The notes under the pieces were generated by a model. It was not told the DNA's origin. It was given only the letters and a program-made list of their open reading frames with translations, and did not search any database. Shown here piece after piece: positions 60,181 through 64,000 of a stretch of 64,000 nucleotides of DNA (position 1 is the stretch's first letter; each line of letters begins with the position of its first letter). The position numbers and the translations under genes were made by a program. Source of the stretch: Vampirovibrio chlorellavorus (GTDB lineage Bacteria; Cyanobacteriota; Vampirovibrionia; Vampirovibrionales; Vampirovibrionaceae); contig LAPX01000004.1 of assembly GCA_001858525.1 (NCBI GenBank), positions 460,894 to 524,893 of the forward strand, read 5' to 3'.

Positions 60181-61269
60181 ATGCCTTATGCAGTTAGTCC
60201 ATACAGTGTATCCCCATATGCAGCAGTTCCCGGTGCAGCTCCCGCTGCGGCTCAGGCCGTTCGGCAGCAAATTGCCAGTTTGAAACAGCTACAAGGTTAT
60301 TCGGATGCGGCCGATAATGGCGGAAACATCGATCAGGGTAAAGCCAGACAAGCAGGTTTAACCCGTGCTTCTGTAGTAGAAGCTTACGCTGGTGAATTTA
60401 TCCTGGGATATCGTCCTGAGGGCGCTGGTGCCGGGCAAAAGCTGCAGCAAGGTGTTGGTCAGGTTTATCAGGATTTGAACTCTGCTGATCCCAATGCTAA
60501 AAATGCAGCCACGTTTGGTTTGGTGGCCTCGCGTTACAAAAACGCTGGTGGCAACTACAACAATGGCAAATTAAAAAAGATTTTGGAACAAAAAGCACCA
60601 GAATTCGCCAAAGGCGAGGGCGTCGGTAATAAAGACGTACAAACTTTGGGTGCCGTTTACAAGGCCATTAAAGCCGGTAAAGTGCAACTGAGTGACGTGT
60701 TTGATGGCACTGGTAATGATGCCGTTGACGATGATGGTAAATACCAAAAAGCCATTGATGCCGTCAAAGCCGGTGACCTTAACTCCGATATACAAGGCAA
60801 AGGTAAAGGCAAAGGTACGGGTGCTACCGGAAATACCGGTAACACAGGCAATACCGGTGGCGCTGGCGGTGCTGGTGCTCCTGGTGCGGGCGGTGCTGCC
60901 TATGATGCAGGAGCCCCTGCAGGAGCCGGAGCTGCCCCTGGTGCGCCTTCATCCGCCCTGGATGCCAGTGCTGCGGCCAATGGCCCAATGGCAATGATAA
61001 TGGCCTTACTGCAGATGCTGATGGCTATTTTGCAAATGTATATGGGTGGTGCCAGTCCCTTTAGCGGTGCCTTGGGTGCTGCGCCTCCCGCTGGAGCTGC
61101 TGCTACACGAGCTCTCCCCGCTGCCGGTGCACCTACTGGCGCTACGGGTAACACCGGCAACACGGGTAACACCGGCAACACGGGTAATACCGGAAATACC
61201 GGCAATACTGGCAACACCGGCAACAGCAAAAAAGGTGGTAAAAAAGGCGGCGGCGACGACGAAGATTAA
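60181..61269 (+). CDS. Gly/Ala-rich harpin-like protein with (TGN)n collagen-like repeats
   Basis: SD AGGAG; no Cys; helix MAMIMALLQMLMAILQMYM; SPFSGAL; (TGN)3 and (TGN)9. Confidence 0.8.
   Translation: MPYAVSPYSVSPYAAVPGAAPAAAQAVRQQIASLKQLQGYSDAADNGGNIDQGKARQAGLTRASVVEAYAGEFILGYRPEGAGAGQKLQQGVGQVYQDLNSADPNAKNAATFGLVASRYKNAGGNYNNGKLKKILEQKAPEFAKGEGVGNKDVQTLGAVYKAIKAGKVQLSDVFDGTGNDAVDDDGKYQKAIDAVKAGDLNSDIQGKGKGKGTGATGNTGNTGNTGGAGGAGAPGAGGAAYDAGAPAGAGAAPGAPSSALDASAAANGPMAMIMALLQMLMAILQMYMGGASPFSGALGAAPPAGAAATRALPAAGAPTGATGNTGNTGNTGNTGNTGNTGNTGNTGNSKKGGKKGGGDDED
61144..61224 (+). repeat. 9-bp coding tandem repeat x9 (Thr-Gly-Asn)
   Basis: ACN-GGN-AAY repeated nine times with synonymous variation. 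Confidence 0.9.
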
Positions 61270-61308
61270 CCACTTTCAAACCAAATGCCATAATACAGTT
61301 TGTATCAA

Positions 61309-61340
61309 ACAAAAGGTGACTCATCCGAGTCACCTTTTGT
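61309..61340. terminator. Intrinsic terminator
   Basis: ACAAAAGGTGACTC-atcc-GAGTCACCTTTTGT. Confidence 0.85.
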
Positions 61341-61810
61341 GCTTAGGGCCTTCTTTTAGCGAACCCGGTAACTGTTCCTGAAGCGCTCCTTTTATATAGA
61401 ACGATAGCATCATACCCTTGCTTGGCCTCGTCATGGATTCGTATCCGCTTCTCAATTGATCGGCACTTGCTTTGCAGTCTAAGCTGAATCCATTATTTTG
61501 CTCAGAGTGCTTGGCATTATGTATTGATGTTAAGTAAAAACTTGTATCCAAAGAAAGACTCTTTTCACCAATAAGGATAGACAGTCAATGGGCAGAGGAT
61601 ATGCGTGTTTTATCGCTTGGATACATTGAACTCAACGCAAGGTAAGACGGTTTATTTTGAATGATTGTTTTTAATTTCTAATGTTGTAATATGAAATCAG
61701 TGGAGATGTTCATCGGCGGGCTGAAGATTAATTAATCACAATTAATCGATTAATTTTTTGTCACCTGGGTGTTGAATCAAGTGTGTGTGTGTTGAGAAAG
61801 GCTGAGTGAT

Positions 61811-62014
61811 ATGCAATATTTTCCAGATGCCAAAGCATTGGCTTACAGTGAATTGAATTTCGTTTCTACCGTTGATGGTTTGACCGAAATTAAAGTGTCC
61901 TACGATATGGATGCTTTATTGGACGAAGTTTCCCAAGCAGTATTTGCCTTATTTATCGGTGAACCAAGATCGATTGAGGCTTTGGAAGTGGTTCGCCAGG
62001 CTCAAATGGTATAA
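61811..62014 (+). CDS. Small hypothetical protein (67 aa)
   Basis: ATG after GAGAAAGG; acidic, protein-like composition within AT-rich DNA. Confidence 0.45.
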   Translation: MQYFPDAKALAYSELNFVSTVDGLTEIKVSYDMDALLDEVSQAVFALFIGEPRSIEALEVVRQAQMV

Positions 62015-62399
62015 ATTCATCACATGGATTTTCCAACCGATATGAGCATTGGTGGGAACGCCATCGATTTATAAAATTGATTTTAATGGAAGCAATAGGC
62101 GACTGGACTGAACAGGGTGGACGTTTAGCCAACAGGCCACACAGGCCTTTAGGCAATCAGAATCGGTTCAAAATCAGTGAGGTGATTTATATATTGCCCA
62201 CTGGTTTTAACCGAGGCTCCCGGGTTTGAATGGACCCGGCCATAAAACAGAATTTTTAGCTTTCTCTTTCTCTCTCTCTTTTTTGATGCGAACATTCGCT
62301 CTTCGTTCTCATCAAGCTCTTTTCTTTCAACCCTTTTGTGGCAATGGCCGCGAAAGGGTTTTTATTTTCTTCCGTTGGGATATGACGTAAGATAACGCT

Positions 62400-64000
62400 A
62401 TGCTCACCACACCATCGCCATCAGATGTAAATACTCACCCTGAAAGCCTTTCCGACCTGGCGTGGCAAAGCTTGCTGCGCCAATTGGCTTCAACGATTTC
62501 TGAAGAGAATTCTTCGTCGGGTTTGCAAATCCCCCCCGGTTTACAGCTCTCGCAATGGCCGGGCCATGAAACGATATTAAGCCAAACCAACGATGCCTGG
62601 GTGGGTTTGTATGAGCAGACTCAGGAGCAATTGGCCCGACAAAATCGCCAGAAAAAGGGCGCATTGCAGCAAGGTGTTTTTTATACCCCAGAACCCATTG
62701 CCCACTATCTGGTGCAGCAAACCCTGGGTGTTTTTCTCAAACGGCAATATCAGGCCATCGAAGCGGCGATTTTGACGAATCAGGTGGAAGCGGCGCAAAC
62801 GATAGTGGATGAAGTACACACTGTCCACGTGATTGATCCGGCTTGTGGCACCGGGGTATTTTTGGTGGCCGCTTTGCAGTGTCTAAGCGAATTTTATCAA
62901 CGGCTTCGAGAGCAGTTTTCGACCATCACCATTCAGGGCAATGCCCACTTCGCAGTCAGGCATCAGTTATATGGCATCGATATCGATCCGCTGAGTGTGG
63001 CCATTACCGAATGTCGATTGTTTCAATGGGCCATCCGGCTGGATGGTCAAAACGTACTGGAATCGCCTTTGACGGGCACTGAAAATTTGATGGCGGCAGA
63101 TACCTTGAACGCATCGCCATTTCCAGATCCGCCCTGGCAGTTTATTGTGGGAAATCCACCGTTTGTATCGGAAGTGCGCAAGCAGGCTGGGCGGTTTCAA
63201 TCGCTTCAACACAGCGATTTTTATCAGGCCAAAATGGATTTATGCGATGCCTTTACCGCCTGGGCCATTCAGCACCTTTCGCCCAACGGACAACTGGCTT
63301 ACGTGTTGCCCATATACTGGATGCAGCGAACCAGTAGCCAGCCCCTGCGAACGCTGTTGTGGGAAAAGGGAGCGTTCCAGCAATTGTGGCGCTTTGGGGA
63401 CAATCCCATTTTTAAAAACGCACCGGGTCATCATCCTTCGTTGCTCATTTGGCAGAAAGCGTTGCCTAATCTTGAGAACGCCGAGAAGGCCAGCACGCAA
63501 TCCATCCAGTGGGGAACAGCGGATACGGTAGAAAGCCTCTCTGAGTCTCGGCTTTCGGCGGCCTGTATTTTAAGAGATGCTCGTTCCGGAAAATTTTTAG
63601 TGGGTAAAAAAAAGGAAATGAATTTATTGGATCGTTTGTCGGGATTGCCGCCACTGATTCCTGAAAACGCCATTCAGCAAGGTATTTTGCTGCCACAGGG
63701 GCGTTTGAAAAAATCGGATTGGCAACAACAAAGCCCACCATTTCAAGCTCAATTCCCCCCGGATGCGGGCATTTTTTTGCTGAAGGATGCAGAAGTTTCA
63801 GCACTCAATTTCAACGATTCTGAACGGGCGTTGCTGAAGCCTTATTTTGGGCCCACCGGCTTTTTGCCCTTCCAAGGATTTCAAACGCCTCAAGCACCGT
63901 ATCAACTGATTTACACCGATGCCGCAGCCCGCAAAAAAATAGTGGAAAATCCTGAGCAGTATGCGAATCTTCGTGCCCATTTAGAGCGCTTTACCCCGGT
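62400..64000 (+). CDS. N6-adenine DNA methyltransferase (TaqI/Eco57I-like), 3' truncated
   Basis: Manual translation from ATG 62400: GVFYTPEPIA, VIDPACGTGVFL, LYGIDID, IVGNPPFV. Absent from the ORF track, consistent with having no stop inside the window. Confidence 0.88.
   Translation, partial: MLTTPSPSDVNTHPESLSDLAWQSLLRQLASTISEENSSSGLQIPPGLQLSQWPGHETILSQTNDAWVGLYEQTQEQLARQNRQKKGALQQGVFYTPEPIAHYLVQQTLGVFLKRQYQAIEAAILTNQVEAAQTIVDEVHTVHVIDPACGTGVFLVAALQCLSEFYQRLREQFSTITIQGNAHFAVRHQLYGIDIDPLSVAITECRLFQWAIRLDGQNVLESPLTGTENLMAADTLNASPFPDPPWQFIVGNPPFVSEVRKQAGRFQSLQHSDFYQAKMDLCDAFTAWAIQHLSPNGQLAYVLPIYWMQRTSSQPLRTLLWEKGAFQQLWRFGDNPIFKNAPGHHPSLLIWQKALPNLENAEKASTQSIQWGTADTVESLSESRLSAACILRDARSGKFLVGKKKEMNLLDRLSGLPPLIPENAIQQGILLPQGRLKKSDWQQQSPPFQAQFPPDAGIFLLKDAEVSALNFNDSERALLKPYFGPTGFLPFQGFQTPQAPYQLIYTDAAARKKIVENPEQYANLRAHLERFTP

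Noticed and set aside
61144-61224. Tandem repeats as a CRISPR array
   Set aside because: The 9-bp units have no spacers and vary only at synonymous positions; no cas genes are present.

Overview
Mostly core-genome bacterial DNA. The gene content (ldpA next to a Ycf45-like ATPase, a UPF0367-like gene, MutY with an intact Nudix domain, lipid A genes, flagellins, no photosynthesis genes) suggests a non-photosynthetic cyanobacterial relative (Melainabacteria, Vampirovibrio-like); this assignment is inference. Housekeeping content: tmk, trpEGDCFBA with an unannotated Trp-rich attenuator leader, mgtA, lpxD-lpxC-fabZ-lpxA-glmU, a sugar ABC transporter, two flagellins, glcDEF, mutY and three tRNAs (Thr-CGT, Pro-CGG, Met-CAT). 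A DNA adenine methyltransferase is cut off by the right edge. Best leads: (1) a tandem pair of Gly/Ala-rich harpin-like proteins with (TGN)n collagen-like repeats and duplicated upstream DNA (59.2-61.3 kb); (2) a flagellin locus with sigma-28-like promoters, CsrA-type GGA hairpins, two interleaved microproteins and a long structured leader; (3) a UDP-glucose dehydrogenase homologue lacking its catalytic Cys; (4) two single-gene AT-rich TIR or TIR-like islets at tRNA 3' ends; (5) candidate effector proteins sharing a low-complexity N-terminus ending in F-G or F-S-G. All calls come from reading motifs by eye; no searches were run.
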